A stretch of DNA of 63,346 nucleotides, counting the filler, from Octopus bimaculoides (Eukaryota), in the NCBI RefSeq assembly GCF_001194135.2. It is 6 parts of 6 records of this genome, joined end to end, with 100 filler letters (N's around TTAATTAATTAA, not from the genome) between each part and the next. Parts side by side here need not be neighbours in the genome. Positions count along the whole stretch, not along the records: positions 18,046 to 30,115 come from NC_068982.1; positions 30,216 to 40,022 come from NC_068987.1; 4 more parts are not named here. One strand, given 5' to 3'. Position numbers and translations under genes: made by a program. The notes under the pieces were generated by a model, which was not told where the DNA came from, did not search any database, and was given only the letters and a program-made list of their open reading frames with translations. This document shows positions 26,573 through 38,660 of the stretch, one piece after another (the stretch's first letter is position 1; the number at the start of each line of letters is the position of its first letter).

Positions 26573-26765
26573 GTCTAAAAGTATGTTACTTATTAATGTT
26601 TAACATTTACTGTAAAAATGTTAGTATTATTAGCTATTGCAAGTATAGATTCGACCACTGAGATTTTACTATTACAGCTTCCAAGTAGATAGTTATAATT
26701 ATGGCGTTGATATTAGAACTGCGAAGATTTATGCATTTTTTTTACGGCTATTGTTGCTCAGCTTC

Positions 26766-26769
<4 letters not shown>

Positions 26770-26842
<73 letters not shown>

Positions 26843-26858
26843 GTTATTGTTATTATTA
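26770..26858. repeat. (TAT)n microsatellite
   Basis: Read directly; source of the poly-L and poly-N ORFs. Confidence 0.95.
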
Positions 26859-27418
26859 ATAGATAGAATTCTGCGGTTTCTCAAAGGACATATTCTCATA
26901 TTGTTTCCGTTCGTATTATTCCACCCTGCAGCTAGCTTCATAATTACGTATAGAATAAAACGATTGGCCATTTTAGAAAACTTAACAATGTGTTTGATTC
27001 AAATCAGACATGATTCAGATAATTCGTAACATAAGAACACTCAATCGTGTTCATTAGATGACGTATTATATAAAAACAAATTGTCATGCAACTGTGAATT
27101 CTAATTAACACATTTCTTTTCAAATAAATTTTTCTACATATTTTCTTACGTTTATAATTCTATATTGTTCTTTATTAACAATTTATATATCATTCACGCA
27201 TTAGAAAAAAAACTTATCAGTTTGCCGATTGAATGGTTGAAAACTAATACATGCATACATGCACATACGTACATGCAAGTGCGTGTGTGTTTGTGTTTTG
27301 TGTGTGTGTATATGTCTGTGTTCTTGTGTGCGCGCGTGTATATGTGTGTTTGAGACATTGAGTGAAGATGCAGGCATGCAGAAATGTAATACTTAAACAT
27401 ACATACATACATAGGTAC

Positions 27419-27458
<40 letters not shown>

Positions 27459-27552
27459 TCTCCACAATACCAGATGAACCAACGGCCCGACATGAGGTAC
27501 TGATTTGGTCAGCAGAATCAAGCTCACTCATACATCAAGTGGGCTAACACAC

Positions 27553-27616
<64 letters not shown>

Positions 27617-27655
27617 ATGTATGTATGTATGCAGTAATATATCTATATATATATA

Positions 27656-28352
27656 CTAGAGGAAGTTAAAAATTATCCGCACTTTCGCCATAGCATATTT
27701 TCATCATTGTCACACAGCCTTCTGGGTGTGCGTGATTATAGTTGGTACTATTGTAATCAGGGGTTTGTGCCTGATCGTGCCATCTTTCCTTCTTGTTCTA
27801 CAGCGTAAGCATGGCCGCTCCACAAGCAATATGCACCAAAGACGAACAAGCAGCAGTGATCCGATTTCTTTGAGAAAGGAATGCAAGATCAACAGTGTAT
27901 TTGCTGGCCAACAAATTGAAGCCAGTAATTCACACCAAACACTGAAGCCTATTATCGAAGAAAGCTTTGTTGTTGCATGAAAACGCATGCCCACACACGG
28001 CCGCTCAGACGGTTGAAACTATCAACCAAAACTGGATTTTGTGGTGTTGGAACATGCTGACTACAGCCCAAATCTTGCCCCTTCCCACTATCATATCTTT
28101 GGAGCGCTTAAAGATGGTTTACTAGGTCGTAGAATTCCTACGGACGAAGATATGAAGGGAGCGGTGCATAAATGGTTATACGACCTACCGAAAACCTTCA
28201 TCTTGGAAGTAATACGCAAGCTTGTGAACCACTGGACGAAGTGCATCGAAAAGGATGGAGACTATATAGAAAAATTACGTACTTGTTTATCCCCCGCTTT
28301 TGTGTAAATACATTGAAAAAGAAGAGTGAGTATAATTTTTGACTCTCCCTCG
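27656..28352 (+). mobile_element. Internally deleted mariner element with both TIRs, inserted in (TA)n
   Basis: TA|ctagaggaagttaaaaattatccgcact ... gagtgagtataatttttgactctccctcg|TA; interior HENACPHTAAQTVETI and YSPNLAPSHYHIFGALK..WTKCIEKDGDYIEK (mariner YSPDLAP motif). Confidence 0.92.
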
Positions 28353-28362
28353 TATATATGCA

Positions 28363-28414
<52 letters not shown>

Positions 28415-29306
28415 CAGACACACACTCACTCACATACACACTCACTCACATACAAGCACACACATAATGACTCTAGACAGATTTGAAATATTTCATCAGG
28501 GTTAGAAATCGATATAAAAAGAAATCACATCTCAAGGGATTCATTGATTATTGACACGTATTAACATTCATTTTTTTTACTTATGTGCGCATGTTTATGT
28601 TAATATACAAAAAGTACTCTACTTCTTTACGGCTTAAATTGGTTGATATATCCTTCTTCTTATACTTGGTCCTTAAATCCTTTTCTAAATTTTAAAAATT
28701 TTATTACTTATTGTATAAGATATAGTAATATATAAATTTTGCTAAATTTGGATATATCCCCCCCCTCGTACCCTTAATGACCATTTAGATCTCATCGTGA
28801 CCTCCTTTATTTTCTATTTTAGGCCCCTTTTAACTGATAATAATATAATAGTTTGTTACTCCTAACCTCCCTCTTTCTGGAGATATACCATTATCTGACT
28901 GACTCCTTCTGAAACATGTTCCTTTATGTAGTTATAGAGAATTTATAGCCAAAGTAAAAAAGGGGTGGGGAAGAGTATCTGATATTAATTCATTTATCAC
29001 CAGCAGCTAGATCTTAACTGTCAATTCCCAGTGGTTTTAATTCTAAGTGGATGTAGAATATTAGCTGCATCGGATCTTTTGATTGCGATAAGGAGAAATA
29101 TAAATGCAGTTATATTACCATCTCTTGACCTCCTTTGTTATTCTCTTCTGCCACTCCAAATTATAGTTGGGGTATTTTCTCCCTAAGTTCATTATGTTAC
29201 AATCATAGCAACAAGCATGTAATTCTTTTATTCTCTTGTTCTGATGAAAAGTTTGATAAAACATTTATAATGGAGTATCCTCTATGTTGAAAACCGATAC
29301 GCTCTT

Positions 29307-29395
29307 ATGCATCCGAAGAAGGCGGTGTATTTCAACTAGATGTAATGCTTGCATTGATCGATTAAACAGAACCGCCTGAAACGGCCGTAATACAC
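29307..29395 (+). ncRNA. Type I hammerhead ribozyme candidate (Penelope-type)
   Basis: atgcat-CCGAAGA(29313-19)-AGGCGGT..44 nt..ACCGCCT(29371-77)-GAAAC-GGCC-GTA-atacac: perfect 7-bp stem II, palindromic ACGGCCGT stem III, GUA triplet; core differs from CUGANGA by U4C; stem I has one internal mismatch. Confidence 0.65.
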
Positions 29396-29905
29396 TAATA
29401 CCTGCTCTCTTCTCCCACCATTCTATCCTTTTACTCTGCTGTTTCCTCTCTTCTATTCTTTTACCTCCCCTTCTACTATTCTATCCTTTTGCTCTTTCGT
29501 TTTCTCTCTGCCTTCTTCTTGTTCTTTTGCCTCCTCTTCTCCCACTATTCTATCCTTCCACTCTTTCGTTTTCTCTCTTCCTTTCTTTTGCTTCCCCCCT
29601 CTCTCTCTCTCTCTTTCTCTGTTATCCTGTCTCCATTTTTTTCCTCTCCCCTTCACAGTTCTCTGTTTGTCACTCTCTTTTTCACTCTTCCTCCTTTCCT
29701 CACGTGGCCTCCACGTGACAACCGGCTATTCTTCTAACCTGTGTTTCTTTCTCTCTACCTGTTTCAACTCGACATGAAAGACGTATTATTATCTGTCTCC
29801 TGCCCAGGCCTGTTTCTTCGCGTTCACCACCACAACTTCGTTTAGGCTTAGCAGACCAACCTGTTTCTTTTCACGGTCCTGTTTTTGTCACCATCTTGAC
29901 CCTAT
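29396..29905 (+). repeat. Pyrimidine-rich Penelope-like UTR/pLTR sequence downstream of the hammerhead
   Basis: Tandem 'ctattctatcctt..ctctttcgttttctctct' units, then CCACGTGAC (29711-29719), a motif also at 35712-35720 and on the minus strand near 63290. Confidence 0.45.
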
Positions 29906-30115
29906 GCAAGATCACAAACTTTATTTAATTTGTTTTGCGGGAGCAACTATTTTATCGAAGGCGTATCTTGTCGTGAATTGTTCGAAATGCAGACTAGAAA
30001 AACAGCATATGCATATGTATATACGAAAAACTTGTAAGTATGTAGACGTATGTATATGCATACATACATACATACATATAAATATATGTATGTATGTATA
30101 TATATATATATATAT

Positions 30116-30215
30116 NNNNNNNNNNNNNNNNNNNNNNNNNNNNNNNNNNNNNNNNNNNNTTAATTAATTAANNNNNNNNNNNNNNNNNNNNNNNNNNNNN
30201 NNNNNNNNNNNNNNN
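30116..30215. other. Artificial scaffold linker
   Basis: 44 N + TTAATTAATTAA (30160-30171) + 44 N. Confidence 0.97.
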
Positions 30216-30399
30216 GACACCACACTTCCTGCTTAACACAAACTTTTAACCCTTTTTTTAAACTAACACAACTCTCAATTCTCATGCATCCTTATTTTCC
30301 AACCATTATATACATGAATTACCATTGAACTTCAAAAGCTCAAAGACATTATAATGTATTGGTATATTTATTGTTTTATATATTATTTTTTTTATATAT

Positions 30400-31303
30400 T
30401 GTTACGAACGCCCGCACGCGAAGCACCTCGACGAAGAGAAAACTCGCGCGCGCGCGCGAACGTCGACGCTCAGTGAGTCGGGATGTTCGCCCCGACTAAG
30501 CCCAGCCGGAGCACCTAACGATGAAAACAGGCAAAAGGAGGAAGAAATAACACGGAGACCATGCGTTGCGTAGTGGAACTAACTTTTTCTTTTTACATCA
30601 TTAAAACAATACATCATCAATAAAACACATAGCATTGCGTAACAATAATTCATTAACATATAACAATAGCGCATGCAACATAATCAAAAGTTTACAATCA
30701 AGAGTTCGTATATCAAGTCGATTAAAAGTTCTTTTACTTCTTTGTTTTTCTTTTCCTTGAGCAACATGTCACATTAAAGTTCTTTTCTTTTCTTTTCCAC
30801 CAGTTAACAAAATCTCTTTTTCTTTTAAAACATGTAACAAAGTTCTCTCTTTAAATAATATTTACACAAACCTTTACCGCAAGAATTTCCTTTTCTTCAA
30901 AGCTCTCACTACAATCCAAAAGAAGTGACCAACTGACTACTATAATCTTTTGCCTGCCACACAGTTCCATCTCTCTGTCCCTCTCTCTCAGACTCTATGC
31001 ATTTCTGCTGACTCGTACCTGCTGACCATAGGCTCTCTCTCTCAGCCTCTCTCTGTCAGACTTATCACTGTTCATCTTCACTGGCTCTACTGGCCTTCAC
31101 ATCAACTGCTGTACATCTTCACTGGCTGACCGCTGTACGTCAACTGCTTACGCCAACTCCTTGATACCAACTGCTCTGGCCAACCGCTCGCGCCAACTCC
31201 TTACGCCAACTCCCGTCCCCAAATCCCACTGTCGTATTTATCACAAATACCGTAGCTCAATAGTGCTACCTTACTCCCTGCAAAGCTGGGTCAGTTCAGT
31301 ACA
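30400..31303. mobile_element. Solo-LTR-like element
   Basis: Begins TGTTACGAAC, ends GTTCAGTACA (imperfect terminal inverted TG..CA); CpG-rich left end; internal short tandem units (cgccaactcc, catcttcactggc); no matching TSD. Confidence 0.5.
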
Positions 31304-32489
31304 ATTCCTATCTTGTTTTTCTGAATATATATATATGTATTATTACAAATTTGGGATTTTACCAATAGAACCGCAACTCCTATTTCAGGACAACTTATTG
31401 TTTGGAATACACAAAGAAAGTTATATCCAATATAATAATAAAATAATATACGCATTTTAAAAACTTACTATAAAGTACAATAAAATCATTTTAAAATATT
31501 TGAAAAAATATATATAACTTACCTGTTATTAGTCTGTGGGGAAAGAAGATATTTTTAATCAATGCTACGCGTGTTCCTGCGCTGGTGGTGTGTTTTTCCA
31601 GGCTATACTAAATATATAAATTCACCAGTGCGTCCTCAGGCTATTTATCTTATTGTTATTATTATTAACGGATCAAAGTTAAAACTACATTTTCTAAAAC
31701 GTATTCGATAGAAAAATAATAATATGAATAAAAATATAAAACATGAATTGCAAAAATATTTTTGAAAATTAAAAAAATTAAAAAAATTAAGCACTTAAAA
31801 ATTCAATACCGATATATGTAGAAAATGCTAAACATAAAGAAACCCTCAACGACTATATTATAAACACATCAAATTCTACAACCTATCTATATAAACATTA
31901 CGGGAATTAATAATTTAGTGTAAGATTTACCCCTATCTGTACAAGTATAAATTACCATTTTTATGTCAAACGTAAGTTAATAGTATTTAAATAGATTATT
32001 TAGTAAAAACCTCTTTATACGTTATAAGTTTATTGAATAAAATTAGTAAATGTATCTAGTAAACAAAATTAACAAAGGAAGAATACTTATCAACATAATG
32101 TTTACTCCTTGTCGTTCCTGTGCAAATGGCTGCTCCCTTTGTCGTGCGCTAAGTATTATGGGAATAACATAAATAAAATAAACTACTCTGAAAAATTCTC
32201 TAAGACTAATAATATTAGAGAGGTTGAATTCAAGGGGAGATAATAACTAGATACTCTAAAATCTAGCTGTAACTGGATTTTTTACTAGTGTTTATGATTT
32301 AGAGATTAATGTTAGATTAAATGTGCTCTGTCTATTCTTTCTAAGGTCATATTCTTTAATATATTCTTGGTTCTTGGTATATCCGTATCTAATACTATTA
32401 TATAATTCTATTATAACTACATTTAACTATCTTCCTCATAATTTAAGAGATTACTTACGGGGTTATAATTTTATATATTTTTTATTTTA

Positions 32490-33010
32490 TTATACGTAAA
32501 GTTATTCTTATGTCGGCATTTTATTCCTCTCTCTTCAATACTGTTAATACTCTCTTCAATACTCTCTCGACCGGAGTATTTTCATAAACCCTGTAGTGCA
32601 TAACAAGCACATTTTATAACCTATTCTATATGATTTCGCTCTACTAATGATATTCCAATTAAGGGTATATTCTATTTTACCAGATTTCAACTCCTATATG
32701 TGTTTACTTAGACCTGTCGAATTTATTAATTTGGGATTTTTGAAGGATTTATAATGCTATAGAAAATCCTTTTAATTCCGTTCGCTGAGGATCCTATATA
32801 TTCTTTCTTCTTATAATTATTAGAGGTTACAGTACATTTATAAATTACGTTATCTAGGTTGTAATTATTATTATGCCTACATTTGGATTTATCTTTACAT
32901 GTGCATTTATTTAAAATACGGTTATGTTTTTTGTTTGTTATATTTCTTCCGTAGCTATTGTTAATATTAGTTAAACTGTTATTATAGAATTTATTTTATT
33001 TGATATTGTT
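32490..33010 (-). pseudogene. Penelope-like element GIY-YIG endonuclease fragment (degenerate)
   Basis: Minus strand: ..CTCKDKSKCR..DNVIYKCTVTSNNYKKKEYIGSSANGIKR..GYKMCLLCTT..ILRSRE..KCRHKNNF; VIY..YIG motif, upstream CxC linker and terminal CxLC / KCRHK are typical of Penelope ORFs. Confidence 0.85.
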
Positions 33011-34370
33011 TATAAAGGATATAATATTACTAACATTTCTTGTTGTAGACTATATAGATATGCAAAGACAGCAAAGAGGGAGAGAGTTGTGGTTGATTTA
33101 TTTTATGCACGGGTGATCATTGCCTTTGTATTTCAATTTAAAATCATATGAACTATAAATGTTTTCTCGCGCACACTTATCAGTTTCTCGATTTAGTCTT
33201 CTTTTTTATCATTTGGAAATAAGTACAGAATTTGATGCATTTGTTTGATAAATTTATTAATTTGTTTAATCTGTTAATGTGATTAGTCTATTAATATTAT
33301 TACTATTGTTGCTATTGCTGTTGCTGTTTTTGCTTAGATTCCTGTTTAAATCATGAATATTCTATATTATTTTACTCAGACACATTGTATCATGAACCAC
33401 ATAATCCAACTGTCAGAGGAGCGACGATTTGCATGATATTTGACTGCTTTTTTCTCCCTGATCAAGCGCCTGTCCAGAGACTACCTTATACATGTATTTA
33501 TTACTACTCATCCAACACTCTTATATGTAAATTTAATATTAGTTACAAAATATTGTGATTATGTTAAGTAATATTGCTTGATAACAATGTTATACAACTT
33601 TTAAACAATTTCCTTTATTGAATTGCTTTCGCATTTCTATTTTCTGTATTCTTCTACGATTTAAAGACCGGCAATGTGAGACTAACACACTCAAAATTTT
33701 ATAACATTTTTCTAACATAACGATTTAAATATATACTTTAACCATATAACACAAGCCTTCTGTAGTTTCTTCACTTTTGTTTATCTTTTATACATCCAAC
33801 CACGTGCTTTCACATACCAACTTTCTCACCTATATNNNNNNNNNNNNNNNNNNNNNNNNNNNNNNNNNNNNNNNNNNNNNNNNNNNNNNNNNNNNNNNNN
33901 NNNNNNNNNNNNNNNNNNNNNNNNNNNNNNNNNNNNNNNNNNNNNNNNNNNNNNNNNNNNNNNNNNNNNNNNNNNNNNNNNNNNNNNNNNNNNNNNNNNN
34001 NNNNNNNNNNNNNNNNNNNNNNNNNNNNNNNNNNNNNNNNNNNNNNNNNNNNNNNNNNNNNNNNNNNNNNNNNNNNNNNNNNNNNNNNNNNNNNNNNNNN
34101 NNNNNNNNNNNNNNNNNNNNNNNNNNNNNNNNNNNNNNNNNNNNNNNNNNNNNNNNNNNNNNNNNNNNNNNNNNNNNNNNNNNNNNNNNNNNNNNNNNNN
34201 NNNNNNNNNNNNNNNNNNNNNNNNNNNNNNNNNNNNNNNNNNNNNNNNNNNNNNNNNNNNNNNNNNNNNNNNNNNNNNNNNNNNNNNNNNNNNNNNNNNN
34301 NNNNNNNNNNNNNNNNNNNNNNNNNNNNNNNNNNNNNNNNNNNNNNNNNNNNNNNNNNNNNNNNNNNNNN

Positions 34371-34420
<50 letters not shown>

Positions 34421-34700
34421 TATGTATGTGTGTGTGTGTATGTGTGTATATATATGTGTTTCAAATAGTAGGATACAGCCAAGTGATGCACAATGCTAAT
34501 AACAAAATGCATATTTAGTCGATCCCTGATTTGGTCGACTAAAATGCCATAGAGAGAAGGGAATTAAGTACCATTCCGTTCTTATCAAAGCCAGAAATCA
34601 TCTGCCAAAACTATTATCCATTGTAACAAAGTGGGATATGGCTTATAGTAGTAAACTCAAATTGACTGTCTACTACATAATTGACCAATTTCCCAGTGAA

Positions 34701-34817
<117 letters not shown>

Positions 34818-35539
34818 TTGTGTTGAGATGTGCTTATGAGATTTTCTTAGTATAATGGTATTTAGTAGTTGTATGCTACAAGCCAAAATAGAATTGAAAT
34901 TTAGTCCGTGATGTCACTAAGTACACCCAGTTAATAGCGGAAGACCGACCGAGTGTATTAAAAACACAAAGAAAAATTATTATCTATTAAGAAAGATAGT
35001 ATCCATTTAGGAAAATATTCTATTGATCGGCAAAATTAAAATTACATCCCATAAAATAAATGAATGAATGAAAAATAAAATAAAGCAAAACAGATTAAAG
35101 AATCGATTCAATATTTGTCAGTTTCTAGACAATTATATTAAACTAGCGGGACCCTTGGAAATTCCACGAACGAAAAGAAATTAGAACTACTTAAGAAAGA
35201 AAGGATGATTTGCATTTTTATTGTATATAAATCTTATTGTTGCTTGTGCAATAAATGACAGAAAAAATGCAATAAGTGTCTATACAATAGTTAATACGTA
35301 TACCATTCGTTAGTATTTAATGCTATTTAAACTGCAAGATCAATATATAATTGCATATTCCTTATTACGCAATATTTTATCGTAATTCCGTAATATTATA
35401 TACAATTAATATACACAAAAACAATATGGAGAATATACACAATGTTCTTATTTACATAGTTAGTTTCAATTCAATTGCAAATTAACAAAAATAACATCCT
35501 CTGTAAGTTTGCTAAGCTATTTCACTTCCAGTAACAATA

Positions 35540-37040
35540 ATATATTACGTAATTTCAAAAGTTCTTCTAAACACTTATATTGCTCTCTTTGTCTCTCTCT
35601 TTTTTTTCTCTCTTTAGCAGCTTTTCATCAAACTTTTTAATCATGTAATTCCCTTCTTCAAGTTGTTAACATTTCTCTTGTTGTCTTTCTCTTCACCTCT
35701 AACCCCACTTACCACGTGACAGCGTAGTTACTGGAAGTGGCTATCTGCTTTCTCACTCACTCTCACACTTTTACACTCCCTCTTCCCCTCCTTCTCTCCC
35801 CTCTCCCTCCTTCTCTCCCCTCTCCCTCCTTCTCTTCCCTCTCCCTCCTTCTCTCCCCTCTCCCTCCTTCTCTCCCCTCTCCCTCCTTCTCTCCCCTCNN
35901 NNNNNNNNNNNNNNNNNNNNNNNNNNNNNNNNNNNNNNNNNNNNNNNNNNNNNNNNNNNNNNNNNNNNNNNNNNNNNNNNNNNNNNNNNNNNNNNNNNNN
36001 NNNNNNNNNNNNNNNNNNNNNNNNNNNNNNNNNNNNNNNNNNNNNNNNNNNNNNNNNNNNNNNNNNNNNNNNNNNNNNNNNNNNNNNNNNNNNNNNNNNN
36101 NNNNNNNNNNNNNNNNNNNNNNNNNNNNNNNNNNNNNNNNNNNNNNNNNNNNNNNNNNNNNNNNNNNNNNNNNNNNNNNNNNNNNNNNNNNNNNNNNNNN
36201 NNNNNNNNNNNNNNNNNNNNNNNNNNNNNNNNNNNNNNNNNNNNNNNNNNNNNNNNNNNNNNNNNNNNNNNNNNNNNNNNNNNNNNNNNNNNNNNNNNNN
36301 NNNNNNNNNNNNNNNNNNNNNNNNNNNNNNNNNNNNNNNNNNNNNNNNNNNNNNNNNNNNNNNNNNNNNNNNNNNNNNNNNNNNNNNNNNNNNNNNNNNN
36401 NNNNNNNNNNNNNNNNNNNNNNNNNNNNNNNNNNNNNNNNNNNNNNNNNNNNNNNNNNNNNNNNNNNNNNNNNNNNNNNNNNNNNNNNNNNNNNNNNNNN
36501 NNNNNNNNNNNNNNNNNNNNNNNNNNNNNNNNNNNNNNNNNNNNNNNNNNNNNATATATATATAATTTTGTTGAACTGCTATTCCATACACATTTTTTGT
36601 TGCTCTTCGTTTTTTTCTCTTAATCTTTTCTGTCGATGAGCGTAGACTCGAAACGTCAAAGACATTTCCATTCTCTTCGAGTGTTAAACTGAGACACCTG
36701 CTTCTTGTTCTCTCATCTGTCTTCGTCCTTTGTTTTCTGTAAATTTTATTTGGTTTGCTTTGCGGGAAGTCGCGTACTGTCCTTGCCTTCGAAATGCAGA
36801 GTAGATGGACAGGGACAACTGATGAAGGGAAATATTCTTTATGTTGCATGTCTCGTCTCTCTGTTTTTTTCGTTGTTCGAAAAAAAAGTTTGTTTTCTGT
36901 TTTCGTTTCTCATTGTGCTTAACGTTTTTTTGTGATTTCCTGTACCCATATATGCATGTGTGTATACAAATAGATGTAGGTATGCACATATATGTATGGA
37001 TATATGCATATATTTATATATTATTTATATTATTATATGA
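35540..37040 (+). mobile_element. Penelope-like non-coding element (CT-rich, CCACGTGAC, 19-mer tandem array into gap, hammerhead-like motifs, AT-rich tail)
   Basis: Shares blocks with 3380-3910, 7076-7305 and 29396-29905; (ctccctccttctctcccct)n at 35785-35898. Continuity across the gap is assumed. Confidence 0.55.
36624..36662 (+). ncRNA. Minimal hammerhead-like motif, variant core
   Basis: TCTTTt-CTGTCGAT-GAGc(gtag)aCTC-GAAAC-GTC-AAAGA: stem I TCTTT/AAAGA, 3-bp stem II, loopless stem III, GUC triplet. Confidence 0.55.
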
Positions 37041-37173
37041 TCGGACGCTACGCATCCTTCTCCAAGTATATATATATATTTGGAGATTTGTTCGACTAAA
37101 GGCAGTGCTCCAGCATGGCCGCAGTGAAATGACTGGAACAAGTAAAAGAGTAAAAAAGAATATGATAATAATA

Positions 37174-37236
<63 letters not shown>

Positions 37237-37239
37237 GAG

Positions 37240-37472
37240 TAATTAAGGCAAATAGACCAGATATAGTTGTCAAAGATCATGAAGAAAAAATGCTTTCTAA
37301 TTGATGTATCAGTACCAGCAGATGACAACGTTTTCCTAAAAGAAATGGAAAAACTTTCAAAATACAAAGACCTGGAAATAGAGGTAACTCGAATGTGGAA
37401 TCTAAAAACAGAAACAATTCCTATCATATTCGGTGCCTTAGGTATAATGAAAAAATATTCAGACAAATACAT
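37240..37472 (+). mobile_element. 5'-truncated R4/Dong-like LINE, restriction-like endonuclease domain
   Basis: IKANRPDIVVKDH..CFLIDVSVPADDNVFLKEMEKLSKYKDL..TIPIIFGALG (RPD-ID-KxxKY motif); starts right after (TAA)n at 37165-37236, and (TAA)n resumes after the gap at 37617. Confidence 0.88.
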
Positions 37473-37616
37473 NNNNNNNNNNNNNNNNNNNNNNNNNNNN
37501 NNNNNNNNNNNNNNNNNNNNNNNNNNNNNNNNNNNNNNNNNNNNNNNNNNNNNNNNNNNNNNNNNNNNNNNNNNNNNNNNNNNNNNNNNNNNNNNNNNNN
37601 NNNNNNNNNNNNNNNN

Positions 37617-37658
<42 letters not shown>

Positions 37659-38012
37659 GAAGAAGAAGAAGAAGAAGAAACTTACCTCTCAAATTTTCAG
37701 ACCGTTAAATGGCTTACTTGCATCTCACAAATCTTAAACTACGATTATCTATCAGAAAATCATGTGGTTGTAAAGATCAATTATTGATCAACAAAACCTT
37801 AACTGAATACAATAGAAGGAGAAAAAAGGGTCTGCGTATAGGATGGAGAATTGCCAGAAGGCTTTGACAGTGTTCTACGTGCATGAATGCTGGGAAGCAT
37901 TATTCATTAATGAGGTTACACCAATAATATGCAGGGACGTTAAATACATGAATAAACAGTAAACAATTCTATAGATATAAACAGGAGATGGAATTATGAA
38001 AACGAATCTTAC

Positions 38013-38179
38013 TTCTATTAGAATAGAAATATTCCAAGAGAATTCCCACATGCCATTTTTCTTTTTATCAGGTGTTAACACCTCTAACAAACTTGTTAAA
38101 CTAGGACTCATCTCGGATAAAAATACCATGGGAGGACAATTAACTGTCTTTTGTATGTTGTACGTTGCAGATAAAAACA
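38013..38179 (-). other. Candidate internal exon (167 nt) of an unidentified minus-strand transcript
   Basis: Acceptor ttttccAG, donor GTAAGA; only one open frame (phase 1 to 0): FLSATYNIQKTVNCPPMVFLSEMSPSLTSLLEVLTPDKKKNGMWEFSWNISILIE; no homology recognised. Confidence 0.3.
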
Positions 38180-38597
38180 CTGGAAAAATGCTATAGTATA
38201 CAGTAGATGTATCGCTAGAAGAAACGATATGAAATTTGGTTTATACATATACCCAAGGGAAACGTGAAGAATAGAAAATTAAGTAGCCCTGCTAATGATC
38301 AAGTTATGAAAGAAAACGAATTATTTGAATTAGATCAAACACAGACTTACACAGACCTCAAAATTGATTATCTATACAGTGTACAGCATACACATAAATG
38401 AAAGAAAAGTTTAGGAACGAATATTTTAGATATATTAAATTATTATTTAAAACATAGCTAGATATGAAAAAGTAAGGTAACAAGAATTAATATTTTAGCT
38501 GTTCGTGTAATAAGTTATAGTTATACATTCAACTAGTTGTTAAGTTAGTTAACAATATAGGAAAACGAGAAATATAATTTCAAAAGATAATACTTAC

Positions 38598-38660
38598 CAA
38601 GAAATATTGGGACATACGAGACATATCTAGTAAAGAACAAAGAGACACTAACATACACAA
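38598..38660 (-). other. Candidate internal exon (63 nt, phase 1-1)
   Basis: Acceptor ttttgttttgttcatatttttcAG, donor GTAAGT; open frame VYVSVSLFFTRYVSYVPIFL joins in frame to 38179. Confidence 0.3.

Noticed and set aside
37996-38196. Plus-strand ORF with NHL-like LYVADKNTGK
   Set aside because: Single short motif, overlapping the better-supported minus-strand exon candidate.
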